64,000 nt of DNA from Cladosporium halotolerans (Eukaryota), in NCBI RefSeq assembly GCF_011745625.1, contig NW_027191452.1, positions 806,001 to 870,000 of the forward strand, in the 5' to 3' direction. The position numbers were made by a program, and so were the translations under genes. The notes under the pieces were generated by a model. The model worked only from the letters and a program-made list of their open reading frames with translations, did no database searches and had not been told where the DNA came from. The first letter of the stretch is position 1. Every line of letters begins with the position of its first letter. Positions 1 to 13,562 of this stretch are shown here, one piece after another.

Positions 1-537
1 GGTCTTGGGGTCGTGAAGCTTTCGGATGTTAGTCCCACGATGTGATGATTGCTTGCCCTCGAGCAGAACGAATAGGAACTTACATGGTGGAGGTAGATCG
101 ACCGTCAAGCCAGCTTCGCCGAGTTTCATGCGCATGTAGGCATTCTCCTCCTCAAGCTCTCTGTTACGCTGTCGCGTGGCCACGTTCACTTTTTCATTCG
201 CATCCTGAGATCGACGAAGGTCGGAGATGGTGTTCTCCAAGCTGTCTATGTGATCTTTGGTCCGTTGCCTGATTGCGCGCTGTGCCTCTCTGTCATTTGC
301 GCGCTTCCGTTCTAGCTGCGCAGCAGAAAGTGTGCTGACGCTTCGAGTGCCGGCTCGCGAGGCACGCTTCTTGGAGGTGCCCGATTTCTTTGGCTGCTCG
401 GAGCCGGAAGAAGCGTAGCCATGCGATTGCGATCGCTCAAGGGCGGGGTGAAGAGAGTCCGGCGGTTGTGAATTCATCGGTGACCATGTAGCAGTCGTGC
501 TGAATGGGTTCCAAGGAGAAGCCACGACGCAAGTCAT
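1..537 (-). CDS. bZIP transcription factor, 5' part (runs off the left edge; not in the ORF track)
   Basis: Manual minus-strand translation gives ...SKKRASRAGTRSVSTLSAAQLERKRANDREAQRAIRQRTKDHIDSLENTISDLRRSQDANEKV...RNRELEEEN..., a basic region plus zipper. In-frame ATGs are at 537 and 477. Intron 83..19 (GTAAGT...GACTAAC...AAG). Confidence 0.85.
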   Translation of the reverse strand, partial: MTCVVASPWNPFSTTATWSPMNSQPPDSLHPALERSQSHGYASSGSEQPKKSGTSKKRASRAGTRSVSTLSAAQLERKRANDREAQRAIRQRTKDHIDSLENTISDLRRSQDANEKVNVATRQRNRELEEENAYMRMKLGEAGLTVDLPPPCKFLFVLLEGKQSSHRGTNIRKLHDPKT

Positions 538-3500
538 GGAAGGAAGATTCTGGACGGGTCGTGGTGGTCGGAATGTTGGCTTGTTGGCAGTCGTGCGGAA
601 GTGAGCGACCAAAGATTTGGGGTCGCAGCAACCGAGCTACACGAGTACAGCTTCTAGGGTATGATGAAAAGCGTGCAGAATGATCGCCGCTACTGTTTTG
701 CGCGTGCGTCCGGCTGTTAGACGTACTCAATTATCGCTACCCGAGAGGAATGGCAGGGGTGGGATCCAGCGACTATAAGTTGTCAGACCAGCAAGGAGTG
801 CACGTGGATAGACGCATTAGCTCTATTTTGGTTTCGACACCAGGGCAGAGCGGTAGTCAGTGCAGAAACGTGGCGTGCGGCATCAAAATACCGCTAGTTG
901 CTTAGCAATGACGAAGGCGGTGCAGATGAAACGCGATGGGTTGCCAGACGGGCGACGATGGTGAGAGGAGGGCAGTCCGAGGGAGCGAGCAGGGAGACGG
1001 GCCCTCATATCCAGGCGCAATAGTCGAAACAAACCTTCGATCGCCTGCCGCAGCTCCAGCAGGCGTGCGTCAGGCCTCGAGAGCATCGCGCGCTTGGCTA
1101 GCATGCCTAAGTCATGATCGCGCAGCCGTCACAAACCCACGATGATTGACCGCTCAGCATCCTTCGAAGCGTGCCTACAGCCTTGCCCAATCCTGCTAGG
1201 GTCCTAGCCTTCACACGCCCGCCGGCAAGGCCCTTGCTCCCCCCAATGATGAAGAAAGGGGCCCTGCGCAGGCCGTTACGGCAGCAGAGGCCGACGGCCC
1301 ACTTCGCATGATGACGATTGGAGGAACCTCTCCACTCACCCGCGCATCCAGAGGCCCACGGCAGCCAGATCTTCTGACCGCCCGTGAGGCCGCCAGCGGT
1401 GCCGCGTTGCGTTGATGTCTTCACGGTGTGAGCCCGGCATATACCCAGCAAGGTTCGACGTCCAACAGACTTCGACCTCTCCATCGCCCGAAAACCTTGC
1501 GCCTTTGGCCGGTGCCGCAACCTTCACGGCGCGTCCCCAAACCTTGCCCTCTAACCCACCGCGGCGCACGGCGGCCGCTAGAAAACGCAAGGCGCGGCCA
1601 AAGCGCACATATCGCTGTCTGCCCGCGGTGCTGTCAAGCTCGTCCAGCCACTCAAGGCGGCGGGAGCTGCGCCCGACCAAAGCCCGCTCGTGCTGCGGCC
1701 GCTCCTCAGAGGCATGCCATGGATTTAATCAAGACCACGTGCGGCTCCATGTTTGAGGCCGGCAGGCGGCTGCTCGCTCGGGGCACGTGAAGATCCGCGC
1801 TTCGAAGCGTTGCCGCAGTATAATTATCATAACGCTTCAGCGCAGATGGCCCATGGCTCCGAAGGCCCCGCTCGTCCATGCCGACGTCCGAGAGCACGAC
1901 ACAGGCATGCCCACCGTGATGGCCTGCGTGCGGTGTGTATGTAGTCTGTACGCACGACGTGATATTCACCCGTCGGGCGCAGGCAGCGGGGAGTCGGCAC
2001 ATGTCACGCGCGGAGGATGCTCGCGCAAGGCTGCGCGAAGACGCGCCTCGTCGTTGTTCCGGGCTCCGCGCACGCCTCCATGCCAAGTGTCGATGGACGG
2101 CCGACGGTGTGCTGTAGCGTTCACAGCCGGAGCACACGCGGAGTTTTGCCGACGCTCCTAGACTGGCCAGCTTCATTTGCGATTGCGATCATCTCACCGA
2201 AAAAAATCAAAGTTGGTCTGCCGCTTCTCGCGTACGTACATGCCACGATGCTCGCCGCGGGCTTCCGACTTTCCGTTGTCGAGCGGTTCCGCTGATAGGG
2301 CTCGAGTTCGGAAAGCCAAACGATCGCTCGACTCAGGTGGAAACGGCGGCGCGAACCTAGCTGAGCGCGTGTCCGTGTGAGCAGCCCTCTATCAGCCGTT
2401 GCACAGTGGAGTTGAGTCTCGAACTGGTGGCACTTTGGATTTTGTGACAGCTTCCATAGCCTGTATGGAAGCGCTTTGGAAGGCTGGCCGCTCCTCCAGT
2501 CGACGAGCCTGGCCCGTCATTGCACCGCACCACGCCGCCTGCAGCTGCCCAGCCTGGCGGCCAACCACCCTAGCCCTTCCCGCGGCCTTCTCGACCGCCT
2601 CGTCATTCTCTGCCCAAGCGATTAGATGTTTTGAGAAAGATCTCTTGCAGTGCACTCGGTCTTGCACTCGGTGAAAGAGTGGGGGTTTTTGTGGCTCTTC
2701 TCTTAGCTACGGCCCGTAGGGATCCCTACGAACGTCGTGGTCGATACCACCTTTCATTCGCTCGTAGTCAGCTTCCCGAGCCTCTATACCAATCTGAGCT
2801 CTCCTTCCCGAGGTTAGCGGCTTGCAGAGACTCTGCACGCCGCTAACCTCGGTCCAGGCCGAAAGCCCGATCTGGTCCTCATTTTGAAGATCTCCTACCT
2901 CCTTCGGCCAGCTGTGCATGCACAGTTGGCTTTCTCAAAACGTCTATTGTTGAGCCGGGAGGAGCAACTCTCGGGTCACTATTACGTTGTACACCATTGT
3001 CCGTGGCTTCATGCACCCGCGGATCGCTGCTCTGCTCAGTGGCCTGCTCTGGATAGAGAAGGGGCTGCTTCCGGGTTTCCGCGGCCAATCGCGGCTGCTC
3101 GTCAATCTTTAGCTGGGATCTTCACTTGGGTAGCCGATGCTGTTTGCATAGGAGGTGTTGTCTGTATGCGCGGGACTCGTCCAGCGGCGCGTGCGGCCGT
3201 ATACTTGCAGCCGCCAGCCATAGGATCGCATCGAATTCGGACGCGGGTCTTCTCCGAGCCCTGGCGCACAGTCGCATCTTGCCTCACGCAACGCCGTGAA
3301 CTTCACGACACGAGGCTACATGGCGTGATTACTATCTGCAAAAGGAGCAAAACGTCCGAGCCCCTTTTTCTCGGAACTCCAAGGACGAAGCCACGAGAGC
3401 CACCAGGCAGCCACGCATGAGTGGCTGCAGGCCGCAGCAGACCCTCTTCCCCGGGTTCGCTTTGTCGCAGCCGACTCGGCAAGGTGGATTCCAGGTTACG

Positions 3501-4725
3501 TGAATCAGGCGCTGCTCTTCCGCGAAGGGACCTTGCGCCCTGGAGATCATGCGGAGAGTCTGACGTTTGCGTGTACGCACTGGAGACCTCGACCAAGAGG
3601 GTCTTCAATTGCACACGTACCCATGAAAGGCACCGCGCTGTTGTCCTCGCTGTGCCATAACCGGCGAGTGTGGCCTCACCAACTGCCGAACAACATATAC
3701 TTCGACTGTGGCGCGCCGGCGGGGACGGCTGGACGGGAGACATGTGCGCGCGCGTGGCGCGACTGCATGACGGGAGGTGGGCTGGTGACTATCGCTAGGG
3801 CAACTCGAGGGGCTGCAGGATCTCTTCACGAACCCTAAGCGGACACGGGTGATGAGCCGCAAGTGAGGATCGGTGCGAAGTAACGCACGGGTACACCTGC
3901 GCTTTCACGGCACCTCCCCGGCTGTGGACGGAAGACTATTACCCTCGCGCGTATGTACTGCGGGCTCTGCTGAGGTTGCCAAGTAGGGAACTCGTCGGTG
4001 AGCGGAGGGCCTAAGGCTTTCTAATTGCCTTGTGCGACTGGTGAGTGAGCAAAGTATTCGCACGATGCACCCATGGAGAACCCACCAACACGAGCGATGA
4101 ATGCAGTCATGCACGAACTGCGGATTATCGCGGAATGGAAAATAGCAAATAGCTACTCTTACAGCCTTAGAAACCTTGCTTCCGAAACTCGGTTGACCTA
4201 GTCAGACAAGCTTTGGACAACTCACTCTGGACCTATACGCTGAGCCCTCATTTGTGACGAAGGGGTGCGCCTGATAAGTAGATCCATATACACAGCGGTG
4301 AATGCAGATCGCTAGACATACTTCGGCGCTGCATGTTCTGAAACATGTCGACCCTCGCGTGAAGCCTCGCTTACGGCTGCATTCGCGGGTGATGTAGAAG
4401 CAAGCGATGCCGCGGGTCGTCATCAGCCCTCATCGTGGCCGATCAAACACGTCGGGTGCCCTGATGCCGTGCATCCACGACAGCGACCCGCAATCTGGAA
4501 GTCTGGCACGCTGCACTGATCGACTCCAGGATCACGTCGATCCTCGCCTGCTATTGCGCTGTGCCTGGCAAGCGAGTCAGCATCGCATCCGTCTCGTCGG
4601 TTCTGCAATCCTCAGAGCTGAAGTGCGAGTCAAGCATGGCAATCTCAAACAAAATTCGTCGCCCCGAGCATGAACTCCCGCGAATGCTCACGTGGGCATT
4701 GAACCTTTTCTTAGCGTAGGGCGGT

Positions 4726-4941
4726 CGAGCTGAGGTGAAACTGGTGCCCAACATTGGCAGCAACTCTGTCGGAGCTACACTCCAAAACGGTGTATGCCTT
4801 AGGGCAGAAAGTGTCTTACGGTGTGGGGGTGCCTCACCGCACAACCCATCCTGTGGAAAGGGACCGAGCTGCGGCGAAAGCACTCCAAATGGCGGCAACA
4901 ACTCAGATAGGCGCAACGGAAGCTTTTTTTTTTTACTGGTG
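4726..4941 (+). other. Structured, T11-tailed non-coding element (candidate ncRNA or short retroposed element)
   Basis: Nested stems: ggggtgc 4826-4832/gcactcc 4880-4886, ccgca 4837-4841/tgcgg 4870-4874, tacac 4776-4780/gtgta 4790-4794, tgcc-ttag-ggca 4795-4806. T run 4924-4934. actggtg occurs at 4740-4746 and 4935-4941. Confidence 0.35.
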
Positions 4942-5067
4942 AGAAAGACAGAGTTTTGACACTTTCTAAAATTGATCACAAGACCCGAGCGCGATAACAC
5001 GTGTGGGGAACATTGGTAACATGATCCCAAACGGCAGCATAATGAAATCACCAGATACAATGGGCAC

Positions 5068-6715
<1,648 letters not shown>

Positions 6716-7468
6716 CTAATTTTCGAAAATTGAGAGATGTTGTGAAAGAGATTACAGCGGGGCAACTATGCATAGCGTGGGAAAGACAGGTGTATATACC
6801 TTGCCGGTTCAATGGCAGGCTAGAGCCCTCCCGACACGGAAGAATTGACCGCATGAGCCGGGACGCCTCGCCTACTGTCCGCCATACCGATCCATGCTCT
6901 GCCAGGGCGCTTGAGCACGCCGCAGTCCTGGCGACCGCATCACGAGCTGGAGGATCTTTCTTGGATAATAGGCGAGAGCAGAGCTGTGGAGGCAGTGGGG
7001 CATTCTGCCGTGGAGGAGGGGCATCGTGGCCGGACTCGCTGGGCGGTGGATGGAGCCATCGGTCCGTCTTTGCGGATGCCTGCAAGTCACGTGACAGCGG
7101 CAGGTGGCTTCCTCTTCTGGACTTGCCGCTCACGTGCTCACCTTTCCGGTCGGCGTTTGGCGGCAACGATTTGGTCCCCGACATTGTGGGAGCTCTCACT
7201 GGCTGTCTGGCATTCTATACCAATCGTTGTCGGGTACATAAGGGCGGAGCTCTAGGGCCTGTGGCGGAGACGTCACGGCGCGATGTTTGAGATGACCGAT
7301 GCTCAACACTCTTTATATCTGACGAGCCGGAAGGTCTAAGTAGCTTCTTCATCACTGTTCCATTCTCCTACACCCGTCAATCAACGCTTACCTCACGTCC
7401 TCTTGCAAAGCAAGCACTGCTGACATTGAAGCCCTTCGAGACGATTTTCAACCTCGAGTGACCCGAAG

Positions 7469-8992
7469 ATGCTTCGTTCATCTCGTGCGGGCTCCCGTTT
7501 GTTGAGCACGACAACCTTGCAGTACAAGACTATTCGCAACGCAGCAACCGCGCAGGCCGAGAAACGAGAGGGCGACATTTCGGATGCTTTTGCCTCTTTA
7601 TCAGGCATTCAATTTAAGCCGCTGGATCCTCGCTTCGCAGAGCTTAAACAAAAGCTGGTAGCCGGCAAAGAAGAAGCTTTGCATGCATCATGGAACCGTT
7701 TGCTTCAATCACTGCAGGAGGAGATTCCTCTCATACGCGAGCAGAAGTCCAATGTCATCCCAGAGATCGACTTCAAGGACATCGATGCAGCCTCGCCAGA
7801 ATTCCGCTCTGAACATAAGAAACGAGGAGTCGCTGTCATTCGGAATGTCGTCCCTGAGCAAGAAGCTCTGGATCTCAAACAACATCTACGCGACTACATT
7901 GCCGCAAACCCACACACGAAGGCTTTCCCGCCAGAGAACCCCCAAGTCTATGAGCTGTACTGGTCACCCACTCAAATCAAGGCGCGTTCTCATCCAAACT
8001 TGATCAAGGCCCAGCGCTTCCTCATGGAATTTTGGCACTCGAAAGATCCAAGTGCCTTGGTTTCCAGCAGCCATCCCACAATCTATGCCGACCGCCTTCG
8101 CATGCGCCTCCCTGAAGACGCACGATTTGCCCTTGGTCCACATGTTGACGGAGGTTCCTGCGAGCGCTGGGAACCGAACGGTTATGGCAAAGGCGGTGTT
8201 TACGATGACATCTGGAGCGGTAACTGGGAAACATACGATCCGTGGGAGTCTAGCGGGCGTCTGGGCGTCTCCTCCGATTTATACCAAGGCGTTGGCGCTT
8301 GCAGCATGTTCCGCATGTTTCAAGGCTGGCTCGCCTTGAGCGAGACCGGCCCATTCGAAGGCACTCTGCTAGTCAACCCTCTCCTCTCCCGCGCCACAGC
8401 CTATTTCCTTCTCCGACCCTTCTTCTCGCCCAAGAACCCCATCGACGTCCCCCAAGACTCCTCCGAACCTTTCCCAGACTCCTACCTCGACCCCTCAAAC
8501 TGGACCCTCGACCTCTCCTCCCAAAACTCCTGGCTGCAAGGCGCGACCCCGGGCCACGGCCAGGAGCTCCGCCACGCGCTGCACCCGCACCTCGACCTGC
8601 CAAACAGTATGGTGCACATGCCGCGAGTGAAGCCGGGCGACTACGTCAGCTGGCACTGCGACACGATCCACGCCGTCGATTCTGTGCACGCGGGCAAGAC
8701 CGACTCCTCCGTGCTCTACATCCCGTCGTGCCCGCTGAGCGTTGGCAACGCTGAGTGTCTTGCGCGTCAGCGCTCGCGTTTCCTCGAAGGCACGCCGAGC
8801 CCAGACTTTGGCGGTGGTAAGGGCGAGAGTGAGCACGTCGGCCGCCCGGGCGTGGAGGACGTGAGGAAGGTGGATGCGGAAGATGGAATGAGGGCTTTTG
8901 GTCTGAAGGCGTGGGATGGCAGCGAGCCTGGACTCAGTCAAGGGCAGAGGGAGGTGATGGAGAGGGCGAATAAGATTTTGGGTTTCGCTTGA
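7469..8992 (+). CDS. DUF1479 (YbiU/Gig2-like) putative Fe(II)/2-oxoglutarate-fold oxygenase with a probable mitochondrial presequence
   Basis: 507-aa ORF with LGPHVDGGS.ERWE, CSMFRMFQGW and WHCDTIHAVD (HxD...H metal triad pattern). The N-terminus MLRSSRAGSRLLSTTT is Arg/Ser-rich and acid-free. Confidence 0.8.
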   Translation: MLRSSRAGSRLLSTTTLQYKTIRNAATAQAEKREGDISDAFASLSGIQFKPLDPRFAELKQKLVAGKEEALHASWNRLLQSLQEEIPLIREQKSNVIPEIDFKDIDAASPEFRSEHKKRGVAVIRNVVPEQEALDLKQHLRDYIAANPHTKAFPPENPQVYELYWSPTQIKARSHPNLIKAQRFLMEFWHSKDPSALVSSSHPTIYADRLRMRLPEDARFALGPHVDGGSCERWEPNGYGKGGVYDDIWSGNWETYDPWESSGRLGVSSDLYQGVGACSMFRMFQGWLALSETGPFEGTLLVNPLLSRATAYFLLRPFFSPKNPIDVPQDSSEPFPDSYLDPSNWTLDLSSQNSWLQGATPGHGQELRHALHPHLDLPNSMVHMPRVKPGDYVSWHCDTIHAVDSVHAGKTDSSVLYIPSCPLSVGNAECLARQRSRFLEGTPSPDFGGGKGESEHVGRPGVEDVRKVDAEDGMRAFGLKAWDGSEPGLSQGQREVMERANKILGFA

Positions 8993-9263
8993 GAGAATGA
9001 TATCTGATTCCGATTAATAGCAAGGCATCTGCGACGCGACAGAATGAAGTCGCCTCTGTGAATTCTGACAGGTCAAGAATCGGCCACGGCATTATGATTG
9101 TTTTTTATGGACATCACCCGGCAAAGATTCCATAGTTTTGACACTTGTTTTACGCGATCTCAGCAAAATCCCGACATCCCCAACCGAACGCCTATCGCTA
9201 AATGACTACCGTGTGTAACATATACGCTGCCCATCCACAACCAGCCACTGCGAGACCATTTTC

Positions 9264-10115
9264 TCAATCGCTCAACTTCAAGCGCTTGCTACCGCTGCCA
9301 CCAACATCCTCAAACACCGTCTCCCTCATAACCGTATCATCATCCCCACCCTCGATCTCTGTAACCTCCCACTCCACCATGGAGTTTCCATCCGCACTTC
9401 TCTGACCGCCCCTCCTACGCTTAATCTTCCCCAACCGGCTGTTCTCTACCATCTCCTCAAAATACGGCATGCCCCTGTTACTCATCGATCCCGCCGCCGT
9501 CCTCCGCGCAACGTTCCCCCCACCCCTCTGCACAACCTCCTCCGCACCTCCTCCCTCATCCTCATCATCATCCTCAGCTTCCTCACTACTAGTCTCGCCC
9601 CCAACCCACCCCATCTCCTCCAACAACCCCAAACTCTCACCCCACAGACTCCCCAACGTAACATCCATCCACGGCCCCGCCTCCTCGCCCTCCTCGCCCT
9701 CCTCCCTCGACGCGCTCAGGTGCGTCCCGCAGTACCCGCAGAACTGCTTGCGGACCTCGCCGCCGGCGCCCGCGAGCGCGGCGGGCGTGTAGAACGTGCG
9801 GCGGATCGAGGCGTGCGACTCGTCCGGGAAGAAGGCCTGCGTGTTGCTGTGGTACCAGGCGAGCGGGATGCGGAGCCAGGCTGTGAGCGGCGCGGCTTGC
9901 GAGTGGCCTAGAGGTGGGGGTTGCGGTTAGTCGGAGAGTGTCGGGGTTGAGGGGTGTGGAGGGGGGCACGTACGGGTCGCGCGGCTGTTGTCGAAGAAGA
10001 CGTGGGCGTGGGTTTGGGCTCGCGAGGGGTCGGGAGGGATCGCGATTGCGTATTGGTTGCGCTCGCAGGCGCAGGAGCCGAAGAGGTGGGTTTGGGGGCT
10101 GCGGTTGGTGGCCAT
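9264..10115 (-). CDS. Conserved fungal protein with an Mss4/GFA-like zinc-binding region and an acidic C-terminal tail, 2 exons
   Basis: MATNRSPQTHLFGSCACERNQY..., then intron 9973..9908 (GTACGT...TAG) joins to RHSQAAPLTAWLRIPL...RKQFCGYCGTHLS..., which continues into ORF 9264..9668. Confidence 0.7.
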
Positions 10116-11957
10116 TGTGTGCCGTGGCTGGCCTTGGGATTTGGAGTTGAGGGCGTGTGTGAAGGCGCTGAAGATTGAGAACGGTATCAAGGTAAGCGAG
10201 CAGGATTAGCTAGATAGAGTAGTAGTGCTGAGATCTCACGTAAAGAGCTGCAGCTCGAAGATTTGTCCAAAATGGAAACTTTGACGTCACTCTTTCGTTG
10301 CTGCTTCTGCTTTCGTCGTCAAGTCTTGTAGAAAAGAAATGAACATGGCCTTACCATCACTACGCTAATGATTTGTGTAAAGCGTGTAAAGATTGCCGTA
10401 AGGTCATCGAGCAACCTCTCATTTGGCCGAGGAGACTTTCTTGTTCTGACTGCCATTTGAGCTTCAACTTACTTCACATGCAGCCGATCGCCTATTTTCC
10501 ATGACCACAGTGCGCAGCGACATTCCGATCGATTCTACTATAGTCGCATGAGAATCGATTCACGCCGCTTATACTCTCACCTGTTCTCTGGCTTCCGGGT
10601 AACGCTGTTCTCGAGGCAATGCTAGGCGACGTCCGTTCGGTTCCTCTATATGCACGCTGCAGGCCGCCTCCCCGAGACGCATTGGACATGCTTCCACCAT
10701 GGCCTCGCCAAGTCGCGGCCACGTATAAGCGCGGACTGCTAGTCTTAGCAATTTCCAGTCGTCGAGCGACGTCTGGCGACGTGCTGCACTTGTACTCGGA
10801 CGATCCTCGTCCACAGGGACGGATGGTCTCACTCTGGCGATGCTCTTGACCCCAGGTTTCGCACGTCACCTCGCAGCTGCTGGCGCCGTTGCTCCGGCGG
10901 CACTAGCTCTATTGACAGGCAACGTTTTCGCCAGCGGCTTGGCGGGCGCTGGCAGAGAGGCAGAGGCCACGCTGCATCTGCCGGCCGATATGGACATGGA
11001 CAATAATCACGCTGCGACGTGGCGACAGCGGTGAGGCTGCTGCGGTGGGCGGCGTGCATGAGAAGCGCGCGGCGGTAGCAAATAGCCTGGCACCAGCGCG
11101 GTGGGCAGAGGGCATTCGGCGGCCCACAGGGCGAATAAGAGGGACTGAGACCGGCGGCAGAGCCTCCGATTCGCGTGCCTGGGGGGTCGCGGTGCGGAGG
11201 AGTGGGCGGTGGTGGTGTGCTCGACGCGCCCGAACGAGCGCCGGGGGCAGCGCTGCCATCGTTTGGACAACGGCGTGCAGTAGGCCGGCGGCACGAGGGA
11301 GAATTTTCTCGCGGCCGTCGTGGACAGCAGATCTGCATCCGCAACACACAGAACTCTCACGATAATAATACCTGGGTAGATCTCGCTCGAGCAGGCAGCC
11401 GGCGCACAGCAAGGACTGTCCTGGTTCTTCACCATCCTTCGCGCCAGCTCCCGCGGCCTTCCCGCCTCGCTACCCGACCCGCCGCGCGGCCGGAGGGCGC
11501 CGCGTGCAGCAGCTGTGCCGGGGCGCAGCTAAACAAGAAAACACAGGCGCCGGCTCCTACGCAACCGACCCGTTCTTCTGCCTGAACCACCACGCCCGCC
11601 GTGGGTGCGACATCTTCAACGTCGCGGTTTGTTGCACTTTTCACGCGGCCCGCCACCCTGGTTTTGGAGTTACCAAGCTGGCTTGGGAGCGTTTGGCATT
11701 GCCGCCCTTTGAACCCCCGAGCCATACAACCACACCCTGCTCGCAGGGGTTCACCGAGACAACACCTTTCTTCTTACTCGGCACCTGATCCCGCACACCT
11801 TCCTGCGAGATCCCCCTCTGGACATATGCCTTCGGTACACACCTCTTGTCGTGCGCGCAGAATATACACCTCCCACGACAAACCCCGCGCATAGCCACTT
11901 GGCCGGCGCCGGGCGTTTCACACCCTCACCGCAGCTTTGCAAGCGTGAGCGGCCACG

Positions 11958-13562
11958 ATGGACGACGGGCCTCCGCCTCCGCCGCCTCCTCATGGCCAGA
12001 ACCCGCGCCCGCCGGGCGGGCTGCCCGACGGCAACTACGACATCTTCATCATCCCGCCGCACTCGGCGGGCAGCGGCTTCCTGTACCTGCCGTCGCTGCA
12101 GCCGCACCGCAACAGCTTCATCGCAGGCATCTTCGTCGCGCTCGCGTCGGTCGGCATCTACATCGCGGTCATGCCCGTGCTGCGCGCGTGGATCGCCTCC
12201 ATCATGGGCGGCAACGGAGCGGGCGTGTTGATACTGGTGGCATTGGTGGGACTGGGTGCATGGGCGATTGGGAAGACGACGGCAGAGAACACTACTGGGG
12301 CTGGGGCTGGGACGGGCACAGGCGCAGGAGCAGGAGCAGGAGCGGATAGGCAGCAGTATAGATCGAATGGACCGCAGTCGCACAGCTACACGCCGCCCCC
12401 ACCACCACCGCCTCACAACGAGGCCCCGCCTCAGCAAGAAGAGCCTCCTCCTAAGCCGAAGCCGTCGGCCGCGCAGAGTGGGTGGGAGAAAGCTCGGGAG
12501 GAGACTAGGCGGCGGGAAGAGGAGCGGAAACGTGCCGAGGAGCTGAAACGGAAGAGAGAGGCGGCGCAGAAGATGCGGGATGAGGCCGAGGCGCAGGCTA
12601 AGAAAGCACGGGAGGAGGCTGAGAGGAACGCGAAGGCTAAGGCGGAGAAGGAGAAGTGGGAGCAGGCTCGTGCTCGTGAAATGGAGCAGCGCGAACGCGA
12701 TGCTAGGGAGCGGATAGCGCGAGAAAAGGAGGCTCGCGAGAAAGAGGCCAAGGACAAGGAAGCCAAGGAGCAGGAAGCGAAGGCTGCCAAAGCTACCGCG
12801 GACAAGGAGGCTGCGGATCGCATCAAGGCCGCCCGCGAACGATTGGAGAAGATGCGCCTCGAGCGCGAACAAAAACGCGCAGCCTCCGCCACGAGCGCTC
12901 CCAGCCCTACAAAGAACTACGTCCAACCCACCGCACGCTCGGCTGTGGGGACCGAAGACGGGTACTCCTTCCGTCCTTACGACACTCAGTCCTCGCCCGC
13001 CGGCCGCGCGCGCACCGCGTACAAAAGCTCCGCCAGCTCGGTGTCCGGGCTGAGCGAGAGTAGCTACGCCCCTAGCATGAGCACTGCGCGCACGACGCCA
13101 CCACCCTCGCAGCGCGGACCCTACTCGACGAACGACATCAATAAGATTCAGATTCGCGCCGTCTACCTCTTCTCCGACTCATTCCCAGGAAAGCCCGTCG
13201 CCCACTTAGTGGCCGGCGAGGGCTCCGTCACTGACGGCCTGATTCTGAAGATTCAGACGGCCGGACTCTTCATCGACGACGACTTACGGCATGTCGCCCA
13301 GCGCGAGTGGGACGTCAAGGCCTGGACGCTGAAGACCGTGGAAGATGGTGGTCTGAAGGGCAAGGGCTTACACGTCTTCCGTGCCACCGTGAGAGACGGC
13401 GAGAACAAGAAATACACGTTCGTGATGGACGAGAAGGAGGCGCACAAGGTCACCGAAGGCCTGAAGAACTTGAAGAAGGGTAGCCAAGTGCGCAGTCTCG
13501 ACAACAAGTCGATGAAGGAGGCGGAGGTGACAAAGGTGCTTAGCGGTCTGGGCTGGATTTAG
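11958..13562 (+). CDS. Hypothetical membrane-anchored coiled-coil protein (534 aa)
   Basis: Two hydrophobic segments near the N-terminus, an E/K/R/A-rich coiled-coil core, a Ser-rich linker and a globular beta-rich C-terminal ~140 aa. Strong coding-type codon usage. Confidence 0.8.
   Translation: MDDGPPPPPPPHGQNPRPPGGLPDGNYDIFIIPPHSAGSGFLYLPSLQPHRNSFIAGIFVALASVGIYIAVMPVLRAWIASIMGGNGAGVLILVALVGLGAWAIGKTTAENTTGAGAGTGTGAGAGAGADRQQYRSNGPQSHSYTPPPPPPPHNEAPPQQEEPPPKPKPSAAQSGWEKAREETRRREEERKRAEELKRKREAAQKMRDEAEAQAKKAREEAERNAKAKAEKEKWEQARAREMEQRERDARERIAREKEAREKEAKDKEAKEQEAKAAKATADKEAADRIKAARERLEKMRLEREQKRAASATSAPSPTKNYVQPTARSAVGTEDGYSFRPYDTQSSPAGRARTAYKSSASSVSGLSESSYAPSMSTARTTPPPSQRGPYSTNDINKIQIRAVYLFSDSFPGKPVAHLVAGEGSVTDGLILKIQTAGLFIDDDLRHVAQREWDVKAWTLKTVEDGGLKGKGLHVFRATVRDGENKKYTFVMDEKEAHKVTEGLKNLKKGSQVRSLDNKSMKEAEVTKVLSGLGWI

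Noticed and set aside
3829..3841. AACCCTAA as a telomerase RNA template or interstitial telomere
   Set aside because: A single short match expected by chance, with no supporting pseudoknot or repeat tract recognised.
11751..12926. 391-aa Leu-rich minus-strand ORF
   Set aside because: Mirror of the E/K-rich coiled-coil codons on the plus strand.
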